This document shows positions 1-12,000 of a stretch of DNA of 64,000 nucleotides, one piece after another (the stretch's first letter is position 1; the number at the start of each line of letters is the position of its first letter). A program made the position numbers and the translations under genes. The notes under the pieces are model-generated. The model had not been told where the DNA came from, did no database searches, and was given only the letters and a program-made list of their open reading frames with translations. The stretch covers positions 143,406,001 to 143,470,000 of the forward strand of contig OZ024743.1 of assembly GCA_964016885.1 (NCBI GenBank). The letters are read 5' to 3'. The stretch is from Eledone cirrhosa (taxonomy: Eukaryota).

Positions 1-3000
1 GCTTGGTGTTTGGTGTTTGGTGCTTGGTGCTTGGTGCTTGGTGTTTGGTGCTTGGTGTTTGGTGTTTGGTGCTTAGTGTTTGGTGCTTGGTGCTTAGTGT
101 TTGGTGCTAGGTGCTTGGTGTTTGGTGCTTGGTGCTTGGTGCCTGGTGCTTGGTGTTTGGTGTTTGGTGTTTGGTGCTTGGTGCTTGGTGTTTGGTGTTT
201 GCTGTTTGCTGTTTGGTGTTTGTTGTTTGGTGTTTGTTGTTTGGTGTTTGCTGTTTGGTGTTTGGTGTTTGCTTTTTTGGTGTTTGGTGTTTGCTGTATG
301 TTGTTTGCTGTTTGGTGTTTGGTGTTTGGTGTTTGGTGCTTGGTGCTTGGTGTTTGGTTCTTGGTGCTTGGTGTTTGGTGCCTGCTGCTTGGTGTTTGGT
401 GTTTGGAGTTTGGTGTTTGGTGCTTGGTGCTTGGTGTTTTGTGTTTCGTGTTTGGTTTTTGGTGCTTGGTGCTTGGTGCTTGGTCCTTGGTGTTTGGTGC
501 TGGGTGCTTTGTGTTTGGTGCTTGGTGCTTGGTGCTTGGTGTTTGGTGTTTGCTGCTTGGTGTTTAATGCTTGGTGCTTGGTGCTTGGTGTTTTGTGTTT
601 GGTGCTTGGTGCTTGGTGTTTGGTGCTTGGTGTTTGTACTTGGTGCTTGGTGCTTGGTGTTTGTTTCTTGGTTCTTGGTATTTGGTGTTTGGCATTTGGT
701 GTTTGGTGCTTGGTGCTTGGTGTTTGGTGCTTGGTGCTTGGTGTTTGGTGCCTGGTGCTTGGTGCTTGGTGCTTGGTGTTTGGTGTTTGGTGCTTGGTGC
801 TTGGTGCTTGGAGTTTGGTGTTTGGTGCTTGGTGCTTGGTGTTTTGTGTTTGGTGTTTGGTTTTTGGTGCTTGGTCCTTGGTGTTTGGTGCTGGGTGCTT
901 TGTGTTTGGTGCTTGGTGCTTGGTGTTTGGTGTTTGCTGCTTGGTGTTTGATGCTTGGTGCTCGGTGCTTGGTGTTTTGTGTTTGGTGCTTGGTTCTTGG
1001 TGTTTGGTGCTTGGTGCTTGGTGTTTGTACTTGGTGCTTGGTGCTTGGTGCTTGGTGTTTGTACTTGGTGCTTGGTGCTTGGTGTTTGGTTCTTGGTTCT
1101 TGGTGTTTGGTACTTGGTGCTTGGTACTTGGTGCTTGATGTTTGGTGTTTGGTGCTTGGTGTTTGGTGCTTGGTGCTTGGTGTTTGGTGCTTGGTGTTTG
1201 GTGTTTGGTGTTTGGTGTTTGGTGTCTGCTTTTTGGTGTTTAGTGTTTGCTGTATGGTGTTTGGTGTTTGCTGTTTGGTGTTTGGTCTTTGGTGCTTGGT
1301 GTTTGGTGCTTGGTGCTTGGTGTTTGGTGTCTGGTGCTTGGTGTTTGGTGTCTGGTGCTTGGTGCTTGGTGCTTGGTGTTTGGTGTTTGGTGTTTGGTGC
1401 TTGGTGTCTTGTGCTTGGTGTTTGGTGTTTGGTGCTTGGTGTTTGGTGTTTGGTGCATGGTGTTTGGTGTTTGGTGTTTGGTGCTTGGTGCTTGGTGTTT
1501 GTTGTTTGGTGTTTGGTGCTTGGTGTCTGGTGCTTGGTGTTTGGTGCTTGGTGTTTGGTGTTTGGTGTTTGGTGCTTGGTGCTTGGTGCTTGGTGCTTGG
1601 TGTTTGGTGTTTGGTGCTTGGTGCTTGGTGTTTGGTGCTTGGTGCTGGGTGGTTGGTGTTTGGTGCTTGGTGTTTGGTGCTGGGTGCTTGGTGCTGGGTG
1701 CTTGGTGTTTGGTGCTTGGTGCTTGGTCTTTGGTGCTTGGTGTTTGGTGTTTGGTGCTTGGTGCTTGGTGTTTGGTGCTTGGTGCTTGGTGTGTGGTGCT
1801 TGGTTCTTAGTGTTTGGTGCTAGGTGCTTGGTGTTTGGTGCTTGGTGCTTGGTGTTTGGTGCTTGGTGCTTGGTGTTTGGTGTTTGGTGTTTGGTGCTTG
1901 GTGGTTGGTGTTTGGTGTTTGCTGTTTGCTGTTTGGTGTTTGTTCTTTGGTGTTTGTTGTTTGGTGTTTGCTGTTTGGTGTTTGGTGTTTGCTTTTTGGT
2001 GTTTGGTGTTTGCTGTATGTTGTTTGCTGTTTGGTGTTTGGTGTTTGGTGTTTGGTGCTTGGTGCTTGGTGTTGGTGCTTGGTGCTTGGTGTTTGGTGTT
2101 TGCTGCTTGGTGCTTGGTGCTTGGTGTTTGGTGCTTGGTGCTTGGAGTTTGGTGCTTAGTGCTTGGTGTTTTGTGTTTCGTGTTTGGTTTTTGGTGCTTG
2201 GTGCTTGGTGCTTGGTCCTTAGTGTTTGGTGCTGGGTGCTTTGTGTTTGGTGCTTGGTGCTTGGTGCTTGGTGTTTGGTGTTTGCTGCTTGGTGTTTGAT
2301 GCTTGGTGCTTGGTGCTTGGTGTTTTGTGTTTGGTGCTTGGTGTTTGGTGCTTGGTGCTTGGTGCTTGGTGTTTGTACTTGGTGCTTGGTGCTTGGTGTT
2401 TGTTTCTTGGTGTTTGGTGTTTGGCGTTTGGTGTTTGGTGCTTGGTGCTTGGTGTTTGGTGCTTGGTGCTTGGTGTTTGGTGCCTGGTGCTTGGTGCTTG
2501 GTGTTTGGTGTTTGGTGCTTGGAGTTTGGTGTTTGGTGCTTGGTGCTTGGTGTTTTGTGTTTGGTGTTTGGTTTTTGGTGCTTGGTGCTTGGTGCTTGGT
2601 CCTTGGTGTTTGGTGCTGGGTGCTTTGTGTTTGGTGCTTGGTGCTTGGTGTTTGGTGTTTGCTGCTTGGTGTTTGATGCTTGGTGCTTGGTGCTTGGTGT
2701 TTTGTGTTTGGTGCTAGGTGCTTGGTGTTTGGTGCTTGGTGCTTGGTGCTTGGTGTTTGTACTTGGTGCTTGGTGTTTGGTTCTTGCTTCTTGGTGTTTG
2801 GTACTTGGTGCTTGGTGCTTGGTGCTTGATGTTTGGTGTTTGGTGCTTGGTGTTTGGTGCTTGGTGCTTGGTGTTAGGTGTTTGGTGCTTGGTGCTTGGT
2901 GTTTGGTGCTTGGTGTTTGGTGTTTGCTGTTTGGTGTTTGGTGTTTGGTGTTTGCTGTTTGGTGTCTGCTTTTTGGTGTTTAGTGTTTGCTGTATGGTGT

Positions 3001-6000
3001 TTGCTGTTTCGTGTTTGGTGTTTTCTGTTTGGTGTTTGGTGTTTGCTGTTTGGTGTTTGGTCTTTGGTGCTTGGTGTTTGGTGCTTGGTGCTTGATGTTT
3101 GGTGTTTGGTGCTTGGTGTTTGGTGCTTGGTGTTGGTGTTTGGTGTTTGGTGCTTGGTGCTTGGTGTTTGGTGTTTGGTGTTTGGTGCTTGGTGTCTGGT
3201 GCTTGGTGTTTGGTGTTTGGTGCTTGGTGTTTGGTGTTTGGTGCTTGGTGCTTGGTGTTTGGTGTTTGGTGCTTGGTGTTTGGTGTTTGGTGCTTGTTGC
3301 TTTGGTGCTTGGTGTTTGGTGCTTGGTGCTTGGTGTTTGGTGCTGGGTGCTTGGTGCTTGGTATTTGGTGTTTGGTGCTTGGTGCTTGGTGTTTGGTGTT
3401 TGGTGTTATATGCTTGGTGTTTGATGCTTGGTGCTTGGTTCTTGGTGTTTGGTGTTTGGTGCTTGGTGTTTGATGCTTGGTGCTTGGTGCTTGGTTCTTG
3501 GTGTTTGGTGCTTGGTGTTTGGTGCTTGGTGCTTGGTGTTTGGTGTTTGGTGCTTGCTGCTGGCTGCTTGGTGTTTGGTGCTTGGTGATTGGTGCTTGGT
3601 GTTTGGTGCTTGGTGTTTGGTGCTAGGTTCTTGGTGTTTGGTGCTTGGTGCTTGGTGTTTGTACTTGGTGCTTGGTGCTTGGTTCTTGGTGTTTGGTGCT
3701 TGGTGTTTGGTGCTTGGTGCTTGATGTTTGGTGCTTGGTGTTTGGTGCTTGGTGTTTGGTGCTTGGTGCTTGGTGCTTGGTGCTTGGTGTTTGGTGCTTG
3801 GTGTTAGGTATTTGGTGCTTGGTGCTTGGTGTTTGGTGTTTGGTGCTTCGTGTTTGGTGCTTGGTGCTTGGTGTTTGTTGCTTGGTGTTTGGTGCTTGGT
3901 ACTTGGTGCTTCGTGTTAGGTGTTTGGTGCTTGGTGCTTGGTGTTTGGTGCTTGGTGTTTGGTGTTTGGTGCTTGCTGCTGGCTGCTTGGTGTTTGGTGC
4001 TTGGTGTTTGGTGCTTGGTGTTTGGTGTTTGGTGCTAGGGGCTTGGTGCTTGGTCTTTGGTGCTTGGTGCATGGTGTTTGGTGTTTGGTGCTTGGTGCTG
4101 GGTGGTTGGTGTTTGGTGTTTGGTGCTGGGTGCTTGGTGTTTGGTGCTTGGTGCTTGGTCTTTGGTGCTTGGTGTTTGGTGTTTGGTGCTTGGTGCTTGG
4201 TGCTTGGTGCTTGGTGCTTAGTGTTTGGTGCTAGGTGCTTGGGGTTTGGTGTTTGGTGCTTGGTGCTTGGTGTTTGGTGCTTGGTGCTTGGTGTTTGGTG
4301 TTTGGTGATTGGTGCTTGGTGTTTGCTGTTTGCTGTTTGCTGTTTGGTGTTTGTTGTTTGGTGTTTGTTGTTTGGTGTTAGATGTTTGGTGTTTGATGTT
4401 TGCTGTTTGGTGTCTGCTTTTTGGTGTTTGGTGTTTGCTGTATGTTGTTTGCTGTTTGGTGTTTGGTGTTTGGTGTTTGGTGCTTGGTGCTTTGTGTTTG
4501 GTGCTTGGTGCTTGGTGTTTGGTGCCTGGTGCTTGGTGCTTGGTGTTTGGTGCTTGGAGTTTGGTGTTTGGTGCTTGGTGTTTTGTGTTTGGTGCTTGGT
4601 GCTTGGTGTTTGGTGCTTGGTGCTTGGTGCTTGGTGTTTGTACTTGGTGCTTGGTGCTTGGTGTTTGGTTCTTGGTGTTTGGTACTTGGTGCTTGGTCCT
4701 TGGTGTTTGGTGCTGGGTGCTTTGTGTTTGGTGCTTGGTGCTTGGTGTTTGGTGTTTGCTGCTTGGTGTTTGATGCTTGGTGCTTGGTGCTTGGTGTTTT
4801 GTGTTTGGTGCTGGGTGCTTTGTGTTTGGTGTTTGCTGCTTGGTGTTTAATGCTTGGTGCTTGGTGCTTGGTGTTTTGTGTTTGGTGCTTGGTGCTTGGT
4901 GTTTGGTGCTTGGTGTTTGTACTTGGTGCTTGGTGCTTGGTGTTTGTTTCTTGGTTCTTGGTGTTTGGTGTTTGGCGTTTGGTGTTTGGTGCTTGGTGCT
5001 TGGTGTTTGGTGCTTGGTGCTTGGTGTTTGGTGCCTGGTGCTTGGTGCTTGGTGCTTGGTATTTGGTGTTTGGTGCTTGGTGCTTGGTGCTTGGAGTTTG
5101 GTGTTTGGTGCTTGGTGCTTAGTGTTTTGTGTTTGGTGTTTGGTTTTTGGTGCTTGGTCCTTGGTGTTTGGTGCTGGGTGCTTTGTGTTTGGTGCTTGGT
5201 GCTTGGTGTTTGGTGTTTGCTGCTTGGTGTTTGATGCTTGGTGCTTGGTGCTTGGTGTTTTGTTTTTGGTGCTTGGTTCTTGGTGTTTGGTGCTTGGTGC
5301 TTGGTGTTTGTACTTGGTGCTTGGTGCTTGGTGTTTGGTTCTTGGTTCTTGGTGTTTGGTACTTGGTGCTTGGTACTTGGTGCTTGATGTTTGGTGTTTG
5401 GTGCTTGGTGTTTGGTGCTTGGTGCTTGGTGTTTGGTGCTTGGTGTTTGGTGTTTGGTGTCTGCTTTTTGGTGTTTAGTGTTTGCTGTATGGTGTTTGGT
5501 GTTTGCTGTTTGGTGTTTGGTCTTTGGTGCTTGGTGTTTGGTGCTTGGTGCTTGGTGTTTGGTGTCTGGTGCTTGGTGTTTGGTGTCTGGTGCTTGGTGC
5601 TTGGTGCTTGGTGTTTGGTGTTTGGTGTTTGGTGCTTGGTGTCTGGTGCTTGGTGTTTGGTGCTTGGTGCTTGGTGTTTGTTGTTTGGTGTTTGGTGCTT
5701 GGTGTCTGGTGCTTGGTGTTTGGTGCTTGGTGTTTGGTGTTTGGTGTTTGGTGCTTGGTGCTTGGTGCTTGGTGCTTGGTGTTTGGTGTTTGGTGCTTGG
5801 TGCTTGGTGTTTGGTGCTTGGTGCTGGGTGGTTGGTGTTTGGTGCTTGGTGTTTGGTGCTGGGTGCTTGGTGCTGGGTGCTTGGTGTTTGGTGCTTGGTG
5901 CTTGGTCTTTGGTGCTTGGTGTTTGGTGTTTGGTGCTTGGTGCTTGGTGTTTGGTGCTTGGTGCCTGGTGTGTGGTGCTTGGTGCTTAGTGTTTGGTGCT

Positions 6001-9000
6001 AGGTGCTTGGTGTTTGGTGCTTGGTGCTTGGTGTTTGGTGCTTGGTGCTTGGTGTTTGGTGTTTGGTGTTTGGTGCTTGGTGGTTGGTGTTTGGTGTTTG
6101 CTGTTTGCTGTTTGGTGTTTGTTCTTTGGTGTTTGTTGTTTGGTGTTTGCTGTTTGGTGTTTGGTGTTTGCTTTTTGGTGTTTGGTGTTTGCTGTATGTT
6201 GTTTGCTGTTTGGTGTTTGGTGTTTGGTGTTTGGTGCTTGGTGCTTGGTGTTGGTGCTTGGTGCTTGGTGTTTGGTGCCTGGTGCTTGGTGCTTGGTGCT
6301 TGGTGTTTGGTGCTTGGTGCTTGGAGTTTGGTGCTTGGTGCTTGGTGTTTTGTGTTTCGTGTTTGGTTTTTGGTGCTTGGTGCTTGGTGCTTGGTCCTTA
6401 GTGTTTGGTGCTGGGTGCTTTGTGTTTGGTGCTTGGTGCTTGGTGCTTGGTGTTTGGTGTTTGCTGCTTGGTGTTTGATGCTTGGTGCTTGGTGCTTGGT
6501 GTTTTGTGTTTGGTGCTTGGTGTTTGGTGCTTGGTGCTTGGTGCTTGGTGTTTGTACTTGGTGCTTGGTGCTTGGTGTTTGTTTCTTGGTGTTTGGTGTT
6601 TGGCGTTTGGTGTTTGGTGCTTGGTGCTTGGTGTTTGGTGCTTGGTGCTTGGTGTTTGGTGCCTGGTGCTTGGTGCTTGGTGTTTGGTGTTTGGTGCTTG
6701 GAGTTTGGTGTTTGGTGCTTGGTGCTTGCTGTTTTGTGTTTGGTGTTTGGTTTTTGGTGCTTGGTGCTTGGTGCTTGGTCCTTGGTGTTTGGTGCTGGGT
6801 GCTTTGTGTTTGGTGCTTGGTGCTTGGTGTTTGGTGTTTGCTGCTTGGTGTTTGATGCTTGGTGCTTGGTGCTTGGTGTTTTGTGTTTGGTGCTAGGTGC
6901 TTGGTGTTTGGTGCTTGGTGCTTGGTGCTTGGTGTTTGTACTTGGTGCTTGGTGTTTGGTTCTTCGTTCTTGTTGTTTGGTACTTGGTACTTGGTGCTTG
7001 GTGCTTGGTGCTTGATGTTTGGTGTTTGGTGCTTGGTGTTTGGTGCTTGGTGTTAGGTGTTTGGTGATTGGTGCTTGGTGTTTGGTGCTTGGTGTTTGGT
7101 GTTTGCTGTTTGGTGTTTGGTGTTTGGTGTTTGCTGTTTGGTGTCTGCTTTTTGGTGTTTAGTGTTTGCTGTATGGTGTTTGCTGTTTCGTGTTTGGTGT
7201 TTGCTGTTTGGTGTTTGGTGTTTGCTGTTTGGTGTTTGGTCTTTGGTGCTTGGTGTTTGGTGCTTGGTGCTTGATGTTTGGTGTTTGGTGCTTGGTGTTT
7301 GGTGCTTGGTGCTTGGTGTTTGGTGCTTGGTGCTTGGTGTTTGGTGTTTGGTGCTTGGTGTCTGGTGCTTGGTGTTTGGTGTTTGGTGCTTGGTGTTTGG
7401 TGTTTGGTGTTTGGTGTTTGGTGCTTGGTGTTTGGTGTTTGGTGCTTGTTGCTTTGGTGCTTGGTGTTTGGTGCTTGGTGCTTGGTGTTTGGTGCTGGGT
7501 GCTTGGTGCTTGGTATTTGGTGTTTGGTGCTTGGTGCTTGGTGTTTGGTGTTTGGTGTTATATGCTTGGTGTTTGATGCTTGGTGCTTGGTTCTTGGTGT
7601 TTGGTGTTTGGTGCTTGGTGTTTGATGCTTGGTGCTTGGTGCTTGGTTCTTGGTGTTTGGTGCTTGGTGTTTGGTGCTTGGTGCTTGGTGTTTGGTGTTT
7701 GGTGCTTGCTGCTGGCTGCTTGGTGTTTGGTGCTTGGTGATTGGTGCTTGGTGTTTGGTGCTTGGTGTTTGGTGCTAGGTGCTTGGTGTTTGGTGCTTGG
7801 TGCTTGGTGTTTGTACTTGGTGCTTGGTGCTTGGTTCTTGGTGTTTGGTGCTTGGTGTTTGGTGCTTGGTGCTTGATGTTTGGTGCTTGGTGTTTGGTGC
7901 TTGGTGTTTGGTGCTTGGTGCTTGGTGCTTGGTGCTTGGTGTTTGGTGCTTGGTGTTAGGTATTTGGTGCTTGGTGCTTGGTGTTTGGTGTTTGCTGTTT
8001 GCTGTTTGCTGTTTGGTGTTTGTTGTTTGGTGTTTGTTGTTTGGTGTTTGCTGTTTGATGTTTGGTGTTTGATGTTTGCTGTTTGGTGTCTGCTTTTTGG
8101 TGTTTGGTGTTTGCTGTATGTTGTTTGCTGTTTGGTGTTTGGTGTTTGGTGTTTGGTGCTTGGTGCTTTGTGTTTGGTGCTTGGTGCTTGGTGTTTGGTG
8201 CCTGGTGCTTGGTGCTTGGTGTTTGGTGCTTGGAGTTTGGTGTTTGGTGCTTGGTGTTTTGTGTTTGGTGCTTGGTGCTTGGTGTTTGGTGCTTGGTGCT
8301 TGGTGCTTGGTGTTTGTACTTGGTGCTTGGTGCTTGGTGTTTGGTTCTTGGTGTTTGGTACTTGGTGCTTGGTCCTTGGTGTTTGGTGCTGGGTGCTTTG
8401 TGTTTGGTGCTTGGTGCTTGGTGTTTGGTGTTTGCTGCTTGGTGTTTGATGCTTGGTGCTTGGTGCTTGGTGTTTTGTGTTTGGTGCTGGGTGATTTGTG
8501 TTTGGTGTTTGCTGCTTGGTGTTTAATGCTTGGTGCTTGGTGCTTGGTGTTTTGTGTTTGGTGCTTGGTGTTTGGTGCTTGGTGTTTGTACTTGGTGCTT
8601 GGTGCTTGGTGTTTGTTTCTTGGTTCTTGGTGTTTGGTGTTTGGCGTTTGGTGTTTGGTGCTTGGTGCTTGGTGTTTGGTGCTTGGTGCTTGGTGTTTGG
8701 TGCCTGGTGCTTGGTGCTTGGTGCCTGGTGCTTGGTGCTTGGTGCTTGGTGTTTGGTGTTTGGTGCTTGGTGCTTGGTGCTTGGTGCTTGGAGTTTGGTG
8801 TTTGGTGCTTGGTGCTTGGTGTTTTGTGTTTGGTGTTTGGTTTTTGGTGCTTGGTCCTTGGTGTTTGGTGCTGGGTGCTTTGTGTTTGGTGCTTGGTGCT
8901 TGGTGTTTGGTGTTTGCCATCTTGGTGTTTGATGCTTGGTGCTTGGTGCTTGGTGTTTTGTGTTTGGTGCTTGGTTCTTGGTGTTTGGTGCTTGGTGCTT

Positions 9001-12000
9001 GGTGTTTGTACTTGGTGCTTGGTGCTTGGTGCTTGGTGTTTGTACTTGGTGCTTGGTGCTTGGTGTTTGGTTCTTGGTTCTTGGTGTTTGGTACTTGGTG
9101 CTTGGTACTTGGTGCTTGATGTTTGGTGTTTGGTGCTTGGTGTTTGGTGCTTGGTGTTTGGTGCTTGGTGTTTGGTGTTTGGTGTTTGGTGTTTGGTGTC
9201 TGCTTTTTGGTGTTTAGTGTTTGCTGTATGGTGTTTGGTGTTTGCTGTTTGGTGTTTGGTCTTTGGTGCTTGGTGTTTGGTGCTTGGTGCTTGGTGTTTG
9301 GTGTCTGGTGCTTGGTGTTTGGTGTCTGGTGCTTGGTGCTTGGTGCTTGGTGTTTGGTGTTTGGTGTTTGGTGCTTGGTGTCTGGTGCTTGGTGTTTGGT
9401 GTTTGGTGCTTGGTGCTTGGTGTTTGTTGTTTGGTGTTTGGTGCTTGGTGTCTGGTGCTTGGTGTTTGGTGCTTGGTGTTTGGTGTTTGGTGTTTGGTGC
9501 TTGGTGCTTGGTGCTTGGTGCTTGGTGTTTGGTGTTTGGTGCTTGGTGCTTGGTGTTTGGTGTTTGGTGCTTGGTGCTGGGTAGTTGGTGTTTGGTGCTT
9601 GGTGTTTGGTGCTGGGTGCTTGGTGCTGGGTGCTTGGTGTTTGGTGCTTGGTGCTTGGTCTTTGGTGCTTGGTGTTTGGTGTTTGGTGCTTGGTGCTTGG
9701 TGTTTGGTGCTTGGTGCTTGGTGTGTGGTGCTTGGTACTTAGTGTTTGGTGCTAGGTGCTTGGTGTTTGGTGCTTGGTGCTTGGTGTTTGGTGCTTGGTG
9801 CTTGGTGTTTGGTGTTTGGTGTTTGGTGCTTGGTGGTTGGTGTTTGGTGTTTGCTGTTTGCTGTTTGGTGTTTGTTCTTTGGTGTTTGTTGTTTGGTGTT
9901 TGCTGTTTGGTGTTTGGTGTTTGCTTTTTGGTGTTTGGTGTTTGCTGTATGTTGTTTGCTGTTTGGTGTTTGGTGTTTGGTGTTTGGTGCTTGGTGCTTG
10001 GTGCCTGGTGCTTGGTGCTTGGTGCTTGGTGTTTGGTGCTTGGAGTTTGGTGCTTGGTGCTTGGTGTTTTGTGTTTCGTGTTTGGTTTTTGGTGCTTGGT
10101 GCTTGGTGCTTGGTCCTTAGTGTTTGGTGCTGGGTGCTTTGTGTTTGGTGCTTGGTGCTTGGTGCTTGGTGTTTGGTGTTTGCTGCTTGGTGTTTGATGC
10201 TTGGTGCTTGGTGCTTGGTGTTTGGTGTTTGCTGCTTGGTGCTTGGTGTTTGGTGCTGGGTGCTTGGTGCTTGGTATTTGGTGTTTGGTGCTTGGTGCTT
10301 GGTGTTTGGTGTTTGGTGTTATATGCTTGGTGTTTGATGCTTGGTGCTTGGTTCTTGGTGTTTGGTGTTTGGTGCTTGGTGTTTGATGCTTGGTGCTTGG
10401 TGCTTGGTTCTTGGTGTTTGGTGCTTGGTGTTTGGTGCTTGGTGCTTGGTGTTTGGTGTTTGGTGCTTGCTGCTGGCTGCTTGGTGTTTGGTGCTTGGTG
10501 ATTGGTGCTTGGTGTTTGGTGCTTGGTGTTTGGTGCTAGGTGCTTGGTGTTTGGTGCTTGGTGCTTGGTGTTTGTACTTGGTGCTTGGTGCTTGGTTCTT
10601 GGTGTTTGGTGCTTGGTGTTTGGTGCTTGGTGCTTGATGTTTGGTGCTTGGTGTTTGGTGCTTGGTGTTTGGTGCTTGGTGCTTGGTGCTTGGTGCTTGG
10701 TGTTTGGTGCTTGGTGTTAGGTATTTGGTGCTTGGTGCTTGGTGTTTGGTGTTTGCTGTTTGCTGTTTGCTGTTTGGTGTTTGTTGTTTGGTGTTTGTTG
10801 TTTGGTGTTTGCTGTTTGATGTTTGGTGTTTGATGTTTGCTGTTTGGTGTCTGCTTTTTGGTGTTTGGTGTTTGCTGTATGTTGTTTGCTGTTTGGTGTT
10901 TGGTGTTTGGTGTTTGGTGCTTGGTGCTTTGTGTTTGGTGCTTGGTGCTTGGTGTTTGGTGCCTGGTGCTTGGTGCTTGGTGTTTGGTGCTTGGAGTTTG
11001 GTGTTTGGTGCTTGGTGTTTTGTGTTTGGTGCTTGGTGCTTGGTGTTTGGTGCTTGGTGCTTGGTGCTTGGTGTTTGTACTTGGTGCTTGGTGCTTGGTG
11101 TTTGGTTCTTGGTGTTTGGTACTTGGTGCTTGGTCCTTGGTGTTTGGTGCTGGGTGCTTTGTGTTTGGTGCTTGGTGCTTGGTGTTTGGTGTTTGCTGCT
11201 TGGTGTTTGATGCTTGGTGCTTGGTGCTTGGTGTTTTGTGTTTGGTGCTGGGTGATTTGTGTTTGGTGTTTGCTGCTTGGTGTTTAATGCTAGGTGCTTG
11301 GTGCTTGGTGTTTTGTGTTTGGTGCTTGGTGTTTGGTGCTTGGTGTTTGTACTTGGTGCTTGGTGCTTGGTGTTTGTTTCTTGGTTCTTGGTGTTTGGTG
11401 TTTGGCGTTTGGTGTTTGGTGCTTGGTGCTTGGTGTTTGGTGCTTGGTGTTTGGTGCCTGGTGCTTGGTGCTTGGTGCCTGGTGCTTGGTGCTTGGTGCT
11501 TGGTGTTTGGTGTTTGGTGCTTGGTGCTTGGTGCTTGGTGCTTGGAGTTTGGTGTTTGGTGCTTGGTGCTTGGTGTTTTGTGTTTGGTGTTTGGTTTTTG
11601 GTGCTTGGTCCTTGGTGTTTGGTGCTGGGTGCTTTGTGTTTGGTGCTTGGTGCTTGGTGTTTGGTGTTTGCTGCTTGGTGTTTGATGCTTGGTGCTTGGT
11701 GCTTGGTGTTTTGTGTTTGGTGCTTGGTTCTTGGTGTTTGGTGCTTGGTGCTTGGTGTTTGTACTTGGTGCTTGGTGCTTGGTGCTTGGTGTTTGTACTT
11801 GGTGCTTGGTGCTTGGTGTTTGGTTCTTGGTTCTTGGTGTTTGGTACTTGGTGCTTGGTACTTGGTGCTTGATGTTTGGTGTTTGGTGCTTGGTGTTTGG
11901 TGCTTGGTGTTTGGTGCTTGGTGTTTGGTGTTTGGTGTTTGGTGTTTGGTGTCTGCTTTTTGGTGTTTAGTGTTTGCTGTATGGTGTTTGGTGTTTGCTG